A stretch of 61,070 nucleotides of DNA, the filler included. It is 4 parts of 4 records of this genome, joined end to end, with 100 filler letters (N's around TTAATTAATTAA, not from the genome) between each part and the next. Parts side by side here need not be neighbours in the genome. Positions count along the whole stretch, not along the records: positions 8,834 to 28,746 come from SRR2962707_1961; 3 more parts are not named here. The stretch is one strand, 5' to 3'. Positions 11,330 through 21,058 of the stretch are shown one piece after another (position 1 is the stretch's first letter; each line of letters starts with the position of its first letter). Under the pieces are notes generated by a model, which was given only the letters and a program-made list of their open reading frames with translations, did no database searches and had not been told where the DNA came from. The position numbers and the translations under genes are program-made.

Positions 11330-11391
11330 CTTTTCATTTTGCCAAATAAACTCCGGGGGAGCCGCCAAATGGCGGCGGGGGCAGCGCCCCT
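11330..11391. repeat. REP-like palindromic intergenic element
   Basis: TTTCATTTTGCCAAATAAACTCCGGGGG, hairpin GCCGCCA-aa-TGGCGGC, then GGGGGCAGCGCCCC; resembles short intergenic repeats of Rhodobacterales. Confidence 0.5.
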
Positions 11392-11455
11392 ACTGGACAG
11401 TGGTCAATTCATCACCCTAGTGTGCGTTTGAATTACATTGCCAAGGAACACGCCC

Positions 11456-12232
11456 ATGCCAGCCCCTCAGAATCCGTTCAAGCAAGCGCTCGAAAACGGC
11501 AAAACGGTTTTCGGCTGTTGGCTGGGCCTTGCCGACCCGTATAGCGCCGAACTGATGGGGACAGCGGGCTTTGATTGGCTTGTGATCGACGGCGAACATT
11601 CTCCCAACGATCTCCGTTCAATTCTCGCCCAGCTACAAGTTCTCGAAGCGTCGTCCAGCCACCCTGTTGTCCGCGTCCCGATTGGCGAAACCTACCTGAT
11701 CAAACAAATCCTTGATGCAGGCGCGCAGACCATCTTGGTCCCCATGGTTGATAATGCCGACCAAGCCAGACAGCTCGTGCGTGACGTTACCTATCCGCCC
11801 CATGGCAACCGTGGTGTCGGCTATGCCTTGTCCCGCGCGGCACAGTTTTCAAAGATCGCCGATTACGGGCTGACCGCAGACGAACAGATTTGCCTTTTGG
11901 TGCAGGTAGAAAGCCGCAAAGGTCTTGAGAACCTTGATGAAATCCTCGCAGTTGACGGGATCGACGGCGTGTTCATCGGCCCTGCCGATCTTGCCGCCGA
12001 TATGGGGCATATGGGCAATGCTGCACATCCTGATGTGATGGCCGCAATTATGGTGGCCATTGCCAAGATCGATGCCTCGGGCAAAGCTGCCGGCATCCTA
12101 TCGACCCAAGACGACATGACCCATGCCGCGATCAAGGCAGGCGCGCGCTTTGTCGCTGTTGGGGCTGATATCCTGATCCTCAGCCACGCGGCACAGTCCT
12201 TGGCCACAAAATGGAATGATACACTCAAATGA
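11456..12232 (+). CDS. HpcH/HpaI-family class II aldolase
   Basis: GFDWLVIDGEH, VQVES, FIGPADLA motifs; AAGGA RBS before ATG 11456. Confidence 0.92.
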   Translation: MPAPQNPFKQALENGKTVFGCWLGLADPYSAELMGTAGFDWLVIDGEHSPNDLRSILAQLQVLEASSSHPVVRVPIGETYLIKQILDAGAQTILVPMVDNADQARQLVRDVTYPPHGNRGVGYALSRAAQFSKIADYGLTADEQICLLVQVESRKGLENLDEILAVDGIDGVFIGPADLAADMGHMGNAAHPDVMAAIMVAIAKIDASGKAAGILSTQDDMTHAAIKAGARFVAVGADILILSHAAQSLATKWNDTLK

Positions 12233-13404
12233 CACGCGGCATCGCCCTGCTGGGCTTGGGCTATATACTTAGCCAGTTTTTTCGCGCGTTTCTGGCTGTC
12301 CTTAGCCCTGCGCTCAGGTCCGATATCGGTGCCGGACCAGAGGATCTCGCCTTTGCGTCGGGGCTGTGGTTCTTTGCTTTCGCCGCCATGCAACTGCCCG
12401 TCGGGTGGGCGCTGGATACCGTCGGGCCGCGCCGGACAGCTGCAGCGCTTTTGCTGATCGGCGGCGGCGGTGGTGCTGCTGTGTTTGCTTTGGCAACGGT
12501 ACCCCTGCACATCCACATTGCGATGGTTTTGATCGGGATCGGCTGTGCGCCTGTCTTGATGGCGTCTTACTATATCTTTGCCCGTGAATATCCGCCCGCC
12601 CGTTTCGTGGTTCTGGCGTCTGTCATGGTCGGCGTAGGGACCTGCGGCAACCTTGTGGCGTCCTATCCCATGGCAATTGCCGCGGAAACAATCGGCTGGC
12701 GCGCGTCGTTGTGGGCGCTTTGCGCCATCACCAGCCTGACAGCCTTCGGCATTTGGGCGGTGGTGAACGACCCTGCCACCCCCGAAGGCGAAGCGCGCGG
12801 CAGCCTTTTGGCGGTTTTCAAGATCAAAGCGTTGTGGTTCATTTTTCCGATTATGGCCGTCAGCTATGCCCAAGTCGGCGCGCTGCGGGGCCTTTGGATC
12901 GGTCCCTATTTCGAAGACGTGTTTGGCGCGGATGCGCATCAAATCGGTTTGGCGACATTGTTAATGGGGGCGGCCATGGTTGCCGGTACATTCGCCTACG
13001 GCCCGCTTGACCGCATGGTGGGCAGCACGAAATGGGTCGTCGTCACAGGCACCACCCTGAACCTATTGGCGTTGTTGGGACTGATCTTTTTCCCGGCAAG
13101 TGGTTTGATACTGGCAACGTTCCTGATGGCCGCTATCGGCTTTTTCGGCGCAACCTATGCTGTGATCATCTCGCACGGGCGCAGCTTTCTACCGCCTCAG
13201 CTTATCGGGCGGGGCATGACCTTGTTGAATCTGTGCAGCATCGGCGGCGTGGGCGTGGCGCAGTTTTTATCGGGTCGCGCCTTTGGTGCCAGCCAACCTG
13301 CAATCACCGCGCAGGCCCCGTATGTCGTGATTTTCACCTTGTTCGCCGGGATGATGGCCGCAGGGTTGTTTGTCTATCTGTTTTCACGTGACACACCCCA
13401 TTAA
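12229..13404 (+). CDS. MFS transporter
   Basis: About 12 hydrophobic segments, GWALDTVGPRR motif A; ATGA overlap with aldolase. Confidence 0.9.
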   Translation: MTRGIALLGLGYILSQFFRAFLAVLSPALRSDIGAGPEDLAFASGLWFFAFAAMQLPVGWALDTVGPRRTAAALLLIGGGGGAAVFALATVPLHIHIAMVLIGIGCAPVLMASYYIFAREYPPARFVVLASVMVGVGTCGNLVASYPMAIAAETIGWRASLWALCAITSLTAFGIWAVVNDPATPEGEARGSLLAVFKIKALWFIFPIMAVSYAQVGALRGLWIGPYFEDVFGADAHQIGLATLLMGAAMVAGTFAYGPLDRMVGSTKWVVVTGTTLNLLALLGLIFFPASGLILATFLMAAIGFFGATYAVIISHGRSFLPPQLIGRGMTLLNLCSIGGVGVAQFLSGRAFGASQPAITAQAPYVVIFTLFAGMMAAGLFVYLFSRDTPH

Positions 13405-13480
13405 CGCGCACCCCCTTTCCCCGCCCCGCCAAGCGGTATAAGACGCGCGCACCATCACATTTTAGTATTGGAGTTTTAAG

Positions 13481-14503
13481 ATGGGTTATCGCGTCGTCAT
13501 CGCGGGTGCCACTGGTAATGTGGGCCGTGAAATGCTGAACATTCTGGCCGAGCGCCACTTCCCTGTGGATGAGATCGTGGCGCTTGCCTCGCGCAAATCT
13601 ATGGGATCCGAAGTCAGCTTTGGCGATAAGACACTCAAGACGAAAGACTTGGATACGTTCGATTTCACGGGCTGGGATATGGCGTTGTTCGCCGTAGGGT
13701 CCGAGGCGACCAAGAAATACGCACCCAAGGCCGCCAAGGCTGGTTGCGTGGTCATCGATAACTCGTCGCTGTACCGCTATGATGCGGATATTCCGTTGAT
13801 CGTCCCCGAGGTAAACCCGCAGGCAATCCACGGGTATTCCAAGAAAAACATCATCGCGAACCCGAATTGTTCGACCGCGCAAATGGTTGTTGCCCTCAAG
13901 CCGCTGCATGATCGTGCCACGATCAAGCGCGTTGTCGTGTCGACCTATCAGTCGGTGTCCGGTGCGGGCAAAGACGGCATGGACGAGCTGTGGGATCAGA
14001 CAAAATCGATCTACAACCCGACCGATGACAAGCCTGCGCGCAAGTTCACCAAGCAGATTGCATTCAACGTGATCCCGCATATCGACGTCTTTATGGACAG
14101 CGGCGATACGAAAGAAGAATGGAAGATGATGGTCGAGACGAAGAAAATCGTCGACCCCAAAATCAAAGTCACCGCGACCTGCGTCCGCGTCCCTGTCTTC
14201 GTCGGCCACGCCGAATCGATCAATATCGAATTCGAAGACCACCTGGACGAAAACGAGGCCCGCGACATCCTGCGCGAAGCCCCCGGCGTTATGGTGATCG
14301 ACAAGCGTGAAGACGGTGGATACGTGACCCCCGTTGAATGTGCCGGCGATTTCGCGACGTTCATCAGCCGCATCCGTCAGGACAGCACAATCGACAACGG
14401 CATTAACCTGTGGTGCGTCAGCGACAACCTGCGCAAGGGCGCTGCGTTGAACGCCGTGCAGATCGCAGAACTGCTGGGCCGCGAAGTGCTGAAAAAAGGC
14501 TAA
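13481..14503 (+). CDS. asd: Aspartate-semialdehyde dehydrogenase
   Basis: GATGNVG, IANPNCST, STYQSVSGAG, DNLRKGAALN. Confidence 0.98.
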   Translation: MGYRVVIAGATGNVGREMLNILAERHFPVDEIVALASRKSMGSEVSFGDKTLKTKDLDTFDFTGWDMALFAVGSEATKKYAPKAAKAGCVVIDNSSLYRYDADIPLIVPEVNPQAIHGYSKKNIIANPNCSTAQMVVALKPLHDRATIKRVVVSTYQSVSGAGKDGMDELWDQTKSIYNPTDDKPARKFTKQIAFNVIPHIDVFMDSGDTKEEWKMMVETKKIVDPKIKVTATCVRVPVFVGHAESINIEFEDHLDENEARDILREAPGVMVIDKREDGGYVTPVECAGDFATFISRIRQDSTIDNGINLWCVSDNLRKGAALNAVQIAELLGREVLKKG

Positions 14504-14525
14504 GCGCCTAGGCTATCCGGCAATC

Positions 14526-14555
14526 AAGGGCTCGCGTATTTCGCGGGCCCTTTTG
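14526..14555 (+). terminator. Intrinsic terminator after asd
   Basis: AAGGGCTCGCG-tattt-CGCGGGCCCTTTT. Confidence 0.8.
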
Positions 14556-14610
14556 CATTTTGAAAAACGCAGGGCGGGGCTATCGGGCCGCCTCAGCAAG
14601 CCCGCCACCC

Positions 14611-15207
14611 CTAGGCCGCTTGTTGGGCGATTTCGTCTGTGGCGAAGTCGAACCAAAGTTCACCCTGTCTGTATTCGCCTTTGATAAGATGCCCAGGTCG
14701 GTGCACTTCGGGAAAATCATCCGCCCAGTCACGGAAACGGTCATTCGTCAGGATAACGGCACCCATGTCGCGTGCGGCATTCAAGATGTATGGGTCTGCG
14801 GGCGTCCCTTTTGGCACAACCATCACGTTTTCCAGTGGTAAGTTCAGCAGCCGGCTCATCGCCTTGTCATCACGATACTCACCAGAAAAAAGATAGCCCG
14901 CATTTGCGTCAAACATGACGCCCAGATGAAAGCCCTGCTTTTTCAGATGATTAACAACGTCCTGCACGCATTCGACACGCGGCGTGCCGTCGCGCCAATA
15001 CATCACGTTGGACCCGTCAATCACGATCAATCTGCCGGCCGATGCGGCCTGCCTCGTGCGCAACTGCCACGTCTCGCGGAACAAAATGACGATGCTTGCA
15101 ACGGCGCAGGGCCCCGCGATCAGAATAGCATCCGACCAAACGGGGGAAGACATCGACAAAACGACGCCACCCACAGACACGAGAAGCAATACAACGGATA
15201 CAATCAT
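14611..15207 (-). CDS. Membrane-anchored NYN/PIN (Zc3h12a-like) nuclease-domain protein
   Basis: Two N-terminal hydrophobic helices then IVIDGSNV, FDAN, ADPYIL, ILTNDRFRDW acidic motifs. Confidence 0.85.
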   Translation of the reverse strand: MIVSVVLLLVSVGGVVLSMSSPVWSDAILIAGPCAVASIVILFRETWQLRTRQAASAGRLIVIDGSNVMYWRDGTPRVECVQDVVNHLKKQGFHLGVMFDANAGYLFSGEYRDDKAMSRLLNLPLENVMVVPKGTPADPYILNAARDMGAVILTNDRFRDWADDFPEVHRPGHLIKGEYRQGELWFDFATDEIAQQAA

Positions 15208-15281
15208 AACGCGAGGAAACCACCCCGCGCGTTCATGGGCAAGTACAAATAAATGTACTGCCCATTTTCCGCCGATCGCAG

Positions 15282-15932
15282 TTATACGGGCAAGAACACT
15301 TCCTTGTCCGCGCTATAACACTCAAGCCCGCCTTCGCCGATATCCGTCCACAATCCGTGCAACGTCAGCTTGCCGTCTTTGACCTTTTCCGCGATCCACG
15401 GAAAGGTCATCAGGTTCTCAAGTGACGTCATAACGGCGTGCTTCTCAAGCTGGCGAACCTGTTCCGCACGGTCCTCGATGTCAGCGACAATCTCGTATTT
15501 CGGGCGAAGGATATCCATCCAACGGCCGACAAAGCTGCTTTTTTCATCCAGTTGCGGGGCTTTGCCCTGACACATATCGATGCAGCCCTGCACGCCGCCG
15601 CAGTTGGAATGCCCCAATACAATCAGGTGCGCGACCTTGAGCGATTGCACAGCATATTCCACCGCCGCAGAGGTCCCGTGCTGCTGGCCATCGGGGCTGA
15701 ACGCCGGCACCAGGTTCGCAATATTGCGGTGAATAAAGAATTCGCCCTGATCCGCGCCGAAAATCGACGTGACGTGAACGCGGCTGTCACAGCAGGAAAT
15801 TACCATCGCGCGCGGATGTTGTCCGTCGCTGGCAAGACGCCGATACCACGCTTGGTTTTCGGCATAAGTGGTTGCTTTCCAACCATGATATCTTTGCACT
15901 AGATAAGATGGCAGTGGTTTCGCGTCATCCAT
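15282..15932 (-). CDS. Beta-class carbonic anhydrase
   Basis: CCDSRV, RNIAN, LGHSNCGG zinc ligands. Confidence 0.95.
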   Translation of the reverse strand: MDDAKPLPSYLVQRYHGWKATTYAENQAWYRRLASDGQHPRAMVISCCDSRVHVTSIFGADQGEFFIHRNIANLVPAFSPDGQQHGTSAAVEYAVQSLKVAHLIVLGHSNCGGVQGCIDMCQGKAPQLDEKSSFVGRWMDILRPKYEIVADIEDRAEQVRQLEKHAVMTSLENLMTFPWIAEKVKDGKLTLHGLWTDIGEGGLECYSADKEVFLPV

Positions 15933-16079
15933 AATATAGCTCAATCCTTTTAGGTCTCGCCGTAACTACACTGAATTTGCATCGTATTCGAGCAAAAAGG
16001 CGCTTTGACCTCAACGATTTGAACACGACTTACCACATATACAAGACCGGTCGTGGGGACATTTTTACGGGGTGATGAA

Positions 16080-16457
16080 ATGCAAGTTCTGCAAATGCGA
16101 CCGACCGAACAGGTCTGTGTCGACCAAGAACGGTTAGGTACGCTTTACAAGCAACTGGGCGCGACTGATGCTGAAGACGTGGTTTGCCGCGCGATGGAGG
16201 AGCTGGCTTTACGAATCTCGCATTGTGATCGACTGTACCGCACGTCCGATTGGCTGGAACTGCGCAAAAACAGTCGATCCTTGATCGCCATTGCCGAACA
16301 GGTGGGTTTGCAAAAACTTGCAGCCGTCGCGCATGATGTCATGCAATCGGTCGACCAGAATGACGAAGTCGCAATTGCCGCGACGCTGACACGGCTTGTC
16401 CGCGTGGGGGAAAGATCATTGACCGCCATTTGGGATACGCAGGACATGTCAATCTGA
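16080..16457 (+). CDS. Hypothetical helical protein, HPt-fold-like
   Basis: VDQERLGTL...SRSLIAIAEQVGLQKLA resembles the HPt pattern but has no His at the acceptor position. Confidence 0.6.
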   Translation: MQVLQMRPTEQVCVDQERLGTLYKQLGATDAEDVVCRAMEELALRISHCDRLYRTSDWLELRKNSRSLIAIAEQVGLQKLAAVAHDVMQSVDQNDEVAIAATLTRLVRVGERSLTAIWDTQDMSI

Positions 16458-16526
16458 CGGGCTTGCAGCTGGCTGGGATACCACTAGGCTGCTGCGAAAG
16501 CTGCATGTCCAAAAAGGTAGTACTCA

Positions 16527-17909
16527 ATGCTCGCAAAATTCGCCGACCCGAAATCTCATGGTATTCCGCTGCACCTCGTATCCGAGGACCAGCTTGATAA
16601 TTGGCTGGGCGGCCAACCTGCATCGGTATCCAGCTGGATTGCGGCAAACAGTTTCACTGGTGCCTTGGGCCAAGCATTGGTTTTCCCAACGGCTGATGGT
16701 TCGGTTCAGATGGCAATCGCCGGATATGGCACCGAAACATCGCGAAAGCGGGGGCGTTTTCACCTCGCAGGGGCCGCCGCGAAGCTGCCCAAAGGCGCGT
16801 ATCAGTTAGAAACGGATTTACCTCAAGAAACGCTGGCAAATGAGACCTTAGGCTGGCTGCTGTCGGCATATCGCTTTGACCGCTATGCGAAATCCGCCCC
16901 CATGCAAGCCGAACTAATCGCCCCGGATGGTGTAAATGCCGACCTGCTGATTGCGCTCGCCAGTGGGGAAATGCTGACCCGCGATCTGATTAACACCCCG
17001 GCCTCAGACATGGGCCCGCCGGACCTCGAGAAAGCAGCGCGTGACCTTGCGAAGGCGCATGGCGCAGATATCAGCGTTGTCACTGGCGATGATCTACTCA
17101 CCCAGAACTTGCCGATGATCCACGCCGTTGGTCGCGCCGCCGACCGCGCGCCGCGGCTGATCGATATGCGTTGGGGGAAATCCGGCAAAAAACTGACCTT
17201 GGTGGGCAAGGGGGTGTGCTTTGACACCGGCGGCCTAAACTTGAAACCTGCCGCGTCCATGGGTCTAATGAAAAAGGACATGGGTGGTGCTGCGACAGTG
17301 CTAGGTCTGGCCCATATGATCATGGCAACGGGTATGAATATTCAACTGCGCGTGCTGATCCCTGCGGTTGAGAACTCTGTCTCGTCCAATGCGTTCCGCC
17401 CCCAAGATATCCTGACATCGCGCAAAGGGCTGACGGTCGAGATTAACAATACCGATGCCGAAGGCCGTTTGGTGCTGGCAGATGCCCTTGCCCTCGCAGA
17501 CGAGGAAAAACCCGATCAAATCATTTCAATGGCGACCCTGACGGGCGCTGCGCGGGTCGCAGTCGGCCCCGATCTTGCACCCTATTTCAGCGACAGTCAT
17601 ACGTTCGTTTCAGCATTAGAAAAAGCCGCCGAAACGCACGCGGATCCGGTTTGGCGGATGCCCTTTCACACCCCCTATGAAACCATGATTGAACCGGGTG
17701 TCGCCGATCTTGATAATGCGCCTTCCGGTGGTTTTGCCGGTTGTATCACTGCGGCTTTGTTCTTGCGGCGCTTTGTAACGGACAGCCCTTATGCGCATTT
17801 TGACATCTACGGCTGGCAGCCCACCGCCGCCCCGGCGCGCCCCAAAGGGGGGATGGGCCAAGCCAACCGCGCCCTATTTGCAGCCATTGGGACGCTTTTC
17901 CAAAAATGA
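16527..17909 (+). CDS. M17 leucyl aminopeptidase family protein
   Basis: GKGVCFDTGG, MKKDMGGAA, NTDAEGRL, ATLTGA. Confidence 0.96.
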   Translation: MLAKFADPKSHGIPLHLVSEDQLDNWLGGQPASVSSWIAANSFTGALGQALVFPTADGSVQMAIAGYGTETSRKRGRFHLAGAAAKLPKGAYQLETDLPQETLANETLGWLLSAYRFDRYAKSAPMQAELIAPDGVNADLLIALASGEMLTRDLINTPASDMGPPDLEKAARDLAKAHGADISVVTGDDLLTQNLPMIHAVGRAADRAPRLIDMRWGKSGKKLTLVGKGVCFDTGGLNLKPAASMGLMKKDMGGAATVLGLAHMIMATGMNIQLRVLIPAVENSVSSNAFRPQDILTSRKGLTVEINNTDAEGRLVLADALALADEEKPDQIISMATLTGAARVAVGPDLAPYFSDSHTFVSALEKAAETHADPVWRMPFHTPYETMIEPGVADLDNAPSGGFAGCITAALFLRRFVTDSPYAHFDIYGWQPTAAPARPKGGMGQANRALFAAIGTLFQK

Positions 17910-18703
17910 CCGACTTTCGCCTGACGCCAAACCCCACCCTCGTTCGTCAAGACCACCCCGGCCAAATCGTGGCACCCCTAGCCGATCTATGCCGAAGCCC
18001 GGAAGGGGCACGGGACCGTCAGGCAATCTTTGGGGACCCTCTTACCGTTTTGGCCAGGGTTGATGGCTGGTGTTATGTCCAACTCAGCAAAGACGGCTAC
18101 TGCGGGTTTATCAACGAAACCTTCATCGGGGCTAAAACACAGCCCACCCATACCGTGACCGCCCCTGCCGCCCACGCGTATCTTGCGCCTGATTTCAAAT
18201 CGCCGGATCAAACGTCGCTGACGTTTGGCAGCCAGGTCACCGTTCTGGAATACGATGATAGTTTTGCGCAGACGGCATTGGGGTATGTCCCGATGCAACA
18301 CCTCGGCGCGATCAGCACTGTTGCGTCAGACCCCGGCAATGTCGCCGAACTGTTTTTGGGCACGCCCTATCTCTGGGGTGGGAACAGCCGTTGGGGTATT
18401 GATTGCTCTGGCCTTGTTCAGGCTGCTTACCTTGCCTGTGGCATTCCCTGCCCCGGCGATAGCGATCAACAACTGGCGATGTTTGGCGACCACTTACCGC
18501 TGCATTCAGACTTCAAACGCAATGATCTGTTGTTCTGGAAGGGGCATGTCGCGCTCGTGCTTGAACCTGATCTGCTGATCCACGCGAACGCTCATAAAAT
18601 GGCCGTAACGTTAGAGCCGCTCACAGCAGCGATTGACCGTATCGCCAAAACCGACGGTTCGATGACAGGGCACAAACGTCTCATGTCTTCCAAATGGCCT
18701 TAA
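17906..18703 (+). CDS. NlpC/P60 (C40) peptidase with SH3-like N-terminus
   Basis: GTPYLWGG, IDCSGLV, GHVA, IHAN. Confidence 0.93.
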   Translation: MTDFRLTPNPTLVRQDHPGQIVAPLADLCRSPEGARDRQAIFGDPLTVLARVDGWCYVQLSKDGYCGFINETFIGAKTQPTHTVTAPAAHAYLAPDFKSPDQTSLTFGSQVTVLEYDDSFAQTALGYVPMQHLGAISTVASDPGNVAELFLGTPYLWGGNSRWGIDCSGLVQAAYLACGIPCPGDSDQQLAMFGDHLPLHSDFKRNDLLFWKGHVALVLEPDLLIHANAHKMAVTLEPLTAAIDRIAKTDGSMTGHKRLMSSKWP

Positions 18704-18733
18704 ATCCATAGCCGCTCTCGACCAAGACCACCG

Positions 18734-19084
18734 CTAACTGTCAATCGCACGGATCAGCTTGCGCTCTAACACGCGCAGAACCGCGCTTAGTTCCTGCCCA
18801 CGGCGCAGCACCTGCCCGTTAGGGCCCAGCACGGAATACATCCCTTGCTTCAGCCGCATCTTGGGCCGCTTTTCGATACGGTACAGCGGCATTTCTGCGG
18901 TCCTGCGAAACACCGAAAATATTGCAACATCCTGCAAACATGAAATGCCGTAGTCACGCCATTCACCCGCTGCAACCATGCGGCCATATAGTGACAATAT
19001 CGGAGATAGCTCGGTCCGGTGAAACGCAACTTGCTCGGGCGTGCGTTCGTTTTTGGTGTTTGAGTGGTGTAAGTGCAACGTCAT
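18734..19084 (-). CDS. DUF2794-family protein
   Basis: ILSLYGRMVAAGEWRDYGI, PLYRIEKRP. Confidence 0.85.
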   Translation of the reverse strand: MTLHLHHSNTKNERTPEQVAFHRTELSPILSLYGRMVAAGEWRDYGISCLQDVAIFSVFRRTAEMPLYRIEKRPKMRLKQGMYSVLGPNGQVLRRGQELSAVLRVLERKLIRAIDS

Positions 19085-19201
19085 ACTTTAACAGTTGCGT
19101 CGATCACGGCCCAAATCAAGCTTTATGTCAGATGAAATATCTTGAATGTGTTACAATATATATGCAACGAATGTATTTATGAAACATAAAGGCCGCCTAA
19201 C

Positions 19202-19639
19202 ATGACACCCCAAACCCGTGCCGAGAAATCTGCAGCTGCAATGTGGGCCACCGATAAGGCCAGCCAAAATCTGGGCATGCGGATCGATCATATTGCGCCC
19301 GGTACGGCGCTTCTTTCGATGATGGTGACCGATAACATGTTGAATGGACACGGTATTTGCCATGGTGGCTATATCTTTACACTGGCCGACAGCGCCTTTG
19401 CATTTGCCTGCAACAGCTACAACCAGCTTGTCGTGGCCCAGCAGAATCAGATCACATACCTTGCCCCCGGCAAGCCTGACGAGCGCCTGACGGCAACAGC
19501 GACTGAACAGTCAAAGACCGGGCGATCCGGTGTATATGACGTGACTGTCACGGGGGAGGATGGCCGCATAATCGCGCTATTCCGTGGCTTGTCACGCACC
19601 ATAAAAGGCCAGCATTTCGAGGAGGAAATGACCACATGA
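19202..19639 (+). CDS. paaI: Hydroxyphenylacetyl-CoA thioesterase
   Basis: NGHGICHGGYIFTLADSAFAFACNS hot-dog motif; coupled to paaK. Confidence 0.94.
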   Translation: MTPQTRAEKSAAAMWATDKASQNLGMRIDHIAPGTALLSMMVTDNMLNGHGICHGGYIFTLADSAFAFACNSYNQLVVAQQNQITYLAPGKPDERLTATATEQSKTGRSGVYDVTVTGEDGRIIALFRGLSRTIKGQHFEEEMTT

Positions 19640-20946
19640 AAGACCTCACCCCCGCCCGTGAAAGCCTTGATCCTATTGAGATCGCCAGCCGGGATGAGAT
19701 TAGCGCGTTGCAGTTGGACCGTCTGAAATGGTCCTTGCGGCATGCCTATGACAATGTGCCATTCTATCACAAAAAATTTGATGATGCAGGGGTGCATCCC
19801 GACGATCTGCACGACCTCAGCGATCTGGCCAAATTCCCCTTTACGGTCAAAACCGACCTGCGCGACAATTACCCCTTTGGCATGTTTGCCGTCCCGCGCG
19901 AACAGCTTGCGCGCATCCACGCGTCCTCTGGCACCACGGGCCAGCCGACGGTCGTTGGATACACGAAGAACGACCTTGAAAACTGGGGCAGCGTCGTTGC
20001 CCGGTCCTTGCGCGCCGCTGGTTTGAAACCGGGCGACATGCTGCACAATGCCTATGGGTACGGGTTGTTCACAGGGGGTTTGGGCATTCATTTAGGGGCC
20101 GACAAGCTGGGTATCAGCACGGTTCCCATATCGGGCGGGATGACCCCACGTCAGGTGCGCCTGATCGAGGATTTCAAGCCCAATGGCATCACGGTCACCC
20201 CGTCCTATGCCCTGTCTATTTTGGACGAATACGCCCGCCAAGGCATCGACCCGCGCCAATCCTCGCTAGACGTGGGGATATTTGGGGCCGAACCGTGGAC
20301 CAACGCCATGCGGGTCGAGATCGAACAAGCCTTTGATATGCATGCCGTTGATATATATGGACTATCCGAGATTATGGGGCCGGGTGTTTCCTGCGAATGC
20401 GTCGAGTCCAAAGATGGCCTGCACATCTGGGAAGACCATTTTTACCCTGAAATCATCAACCCCGAGACCGGTCAGCCCGTTGCAGACGGCGAAAAAGGCG
20501 AGCTGGTTTTTACGTCTCTGACGAAAGAGGCGTTTCCGATCATCCGCTACCGCACCCGCGATCTGACCCGCCTTTTGGCTGGCTCCGCCCGCAGCATGCG
20601 CCGGATGGAAAAGGTCACGGGGCGCAGCGACGACATGATTATTCTGCGCGGGGTCAACGTATTCCCCACACAGATAGAAGAAGCGTTGATGACCATCACC
20701 GATCTCGCCCCTCATTTCCAAATCGAACTGTCCAAACCCGACCGCATGGACCAGATGCGCGTGTTATGTGAATGCGCCAGCCTTGATATCAACGAAAACG
20801 CTCGCGGTGCCGCCGCCGCGGCCTTGGCGGCGCAGATCAAGGAAACTGTGGGCATCAGTGTCAAAATTGACGTCAGCGATGTGGGCGGCGTTCCCCGCTC
20901 CGAGGGCAAAGCAGTGCGGATTATCGACAAACGGCCAAAACCCTAA
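19636..20946 (+). CDS. paaK: Phenylacetate-CoA ligase
   Basis: HASSGTTGQPTVVGYT, YGYGLFTGGLG, DIYGLSE, RYRTRD. Confidence 0.96.
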   Translation: MKDLTPARESLDPIEIASRDEISALQLDRLKWSLRHAYDNVPFYHKKFDDAGVHPDDLHDLSDLAKFPFTVKTDLRDNYPFGMFAVPREQLARIHASSGTTGQPTVVGYTKNDLENWGSVVARSLRAAGLKPGDMLHNAYGYGLFTGGLGIHLGADKLGISTVPISGGMTPRQVRLIEDFKPNGITVTPSYALSILDEYARQGIDPRQSSLDVGIFGAEPWTNAMRVEIEQAFDMHAVDIYGLSEIMGPGVSCECVESKDGLHIWEDHFYPEIINPETGQPVADGEKGELVFTSLTKEAFPIIRYRTRDLTRLLAGSARSMRRMEKVTGRSDDMIILRGVNVFPTQIEEALMTITDLAPHFQIELSKPDRMDQMRVLCECASLDINENARGAAAAALAAQIKETVGISVKIDVSDVGGVPRSEGKAVRIIDKRPKP

Positions 20947-21023
20947 CCCGCGACATCATAGAAACGATATGTCGCGATCCTTCGCCGAGATGGAAATGGA
21001 ACTTGAAACAAGGAGCCATCAAG

Positions 21024-21040
21024 TTTAGAATTATTCTAAA
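21024..21040. promoter_or_regulatory. Iron control element (ICE / Irr box)
   Basis: TTTAGAA-TTA-TTCTAAA, exact match to TTTAGAA-N3-TTCTAAA, 18 bp upstream of mbfA. Confidence 0.9.
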
Positions 21041-21058
21041 CGAAATTGCAGGTGCCAC

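Noticed and set aside
11863-14242. Long minus-strand ORFs (359 aa, 302 aa)
   Set aside because: Antisense shadows of the aldolase, MFS and asd genes with no motifs
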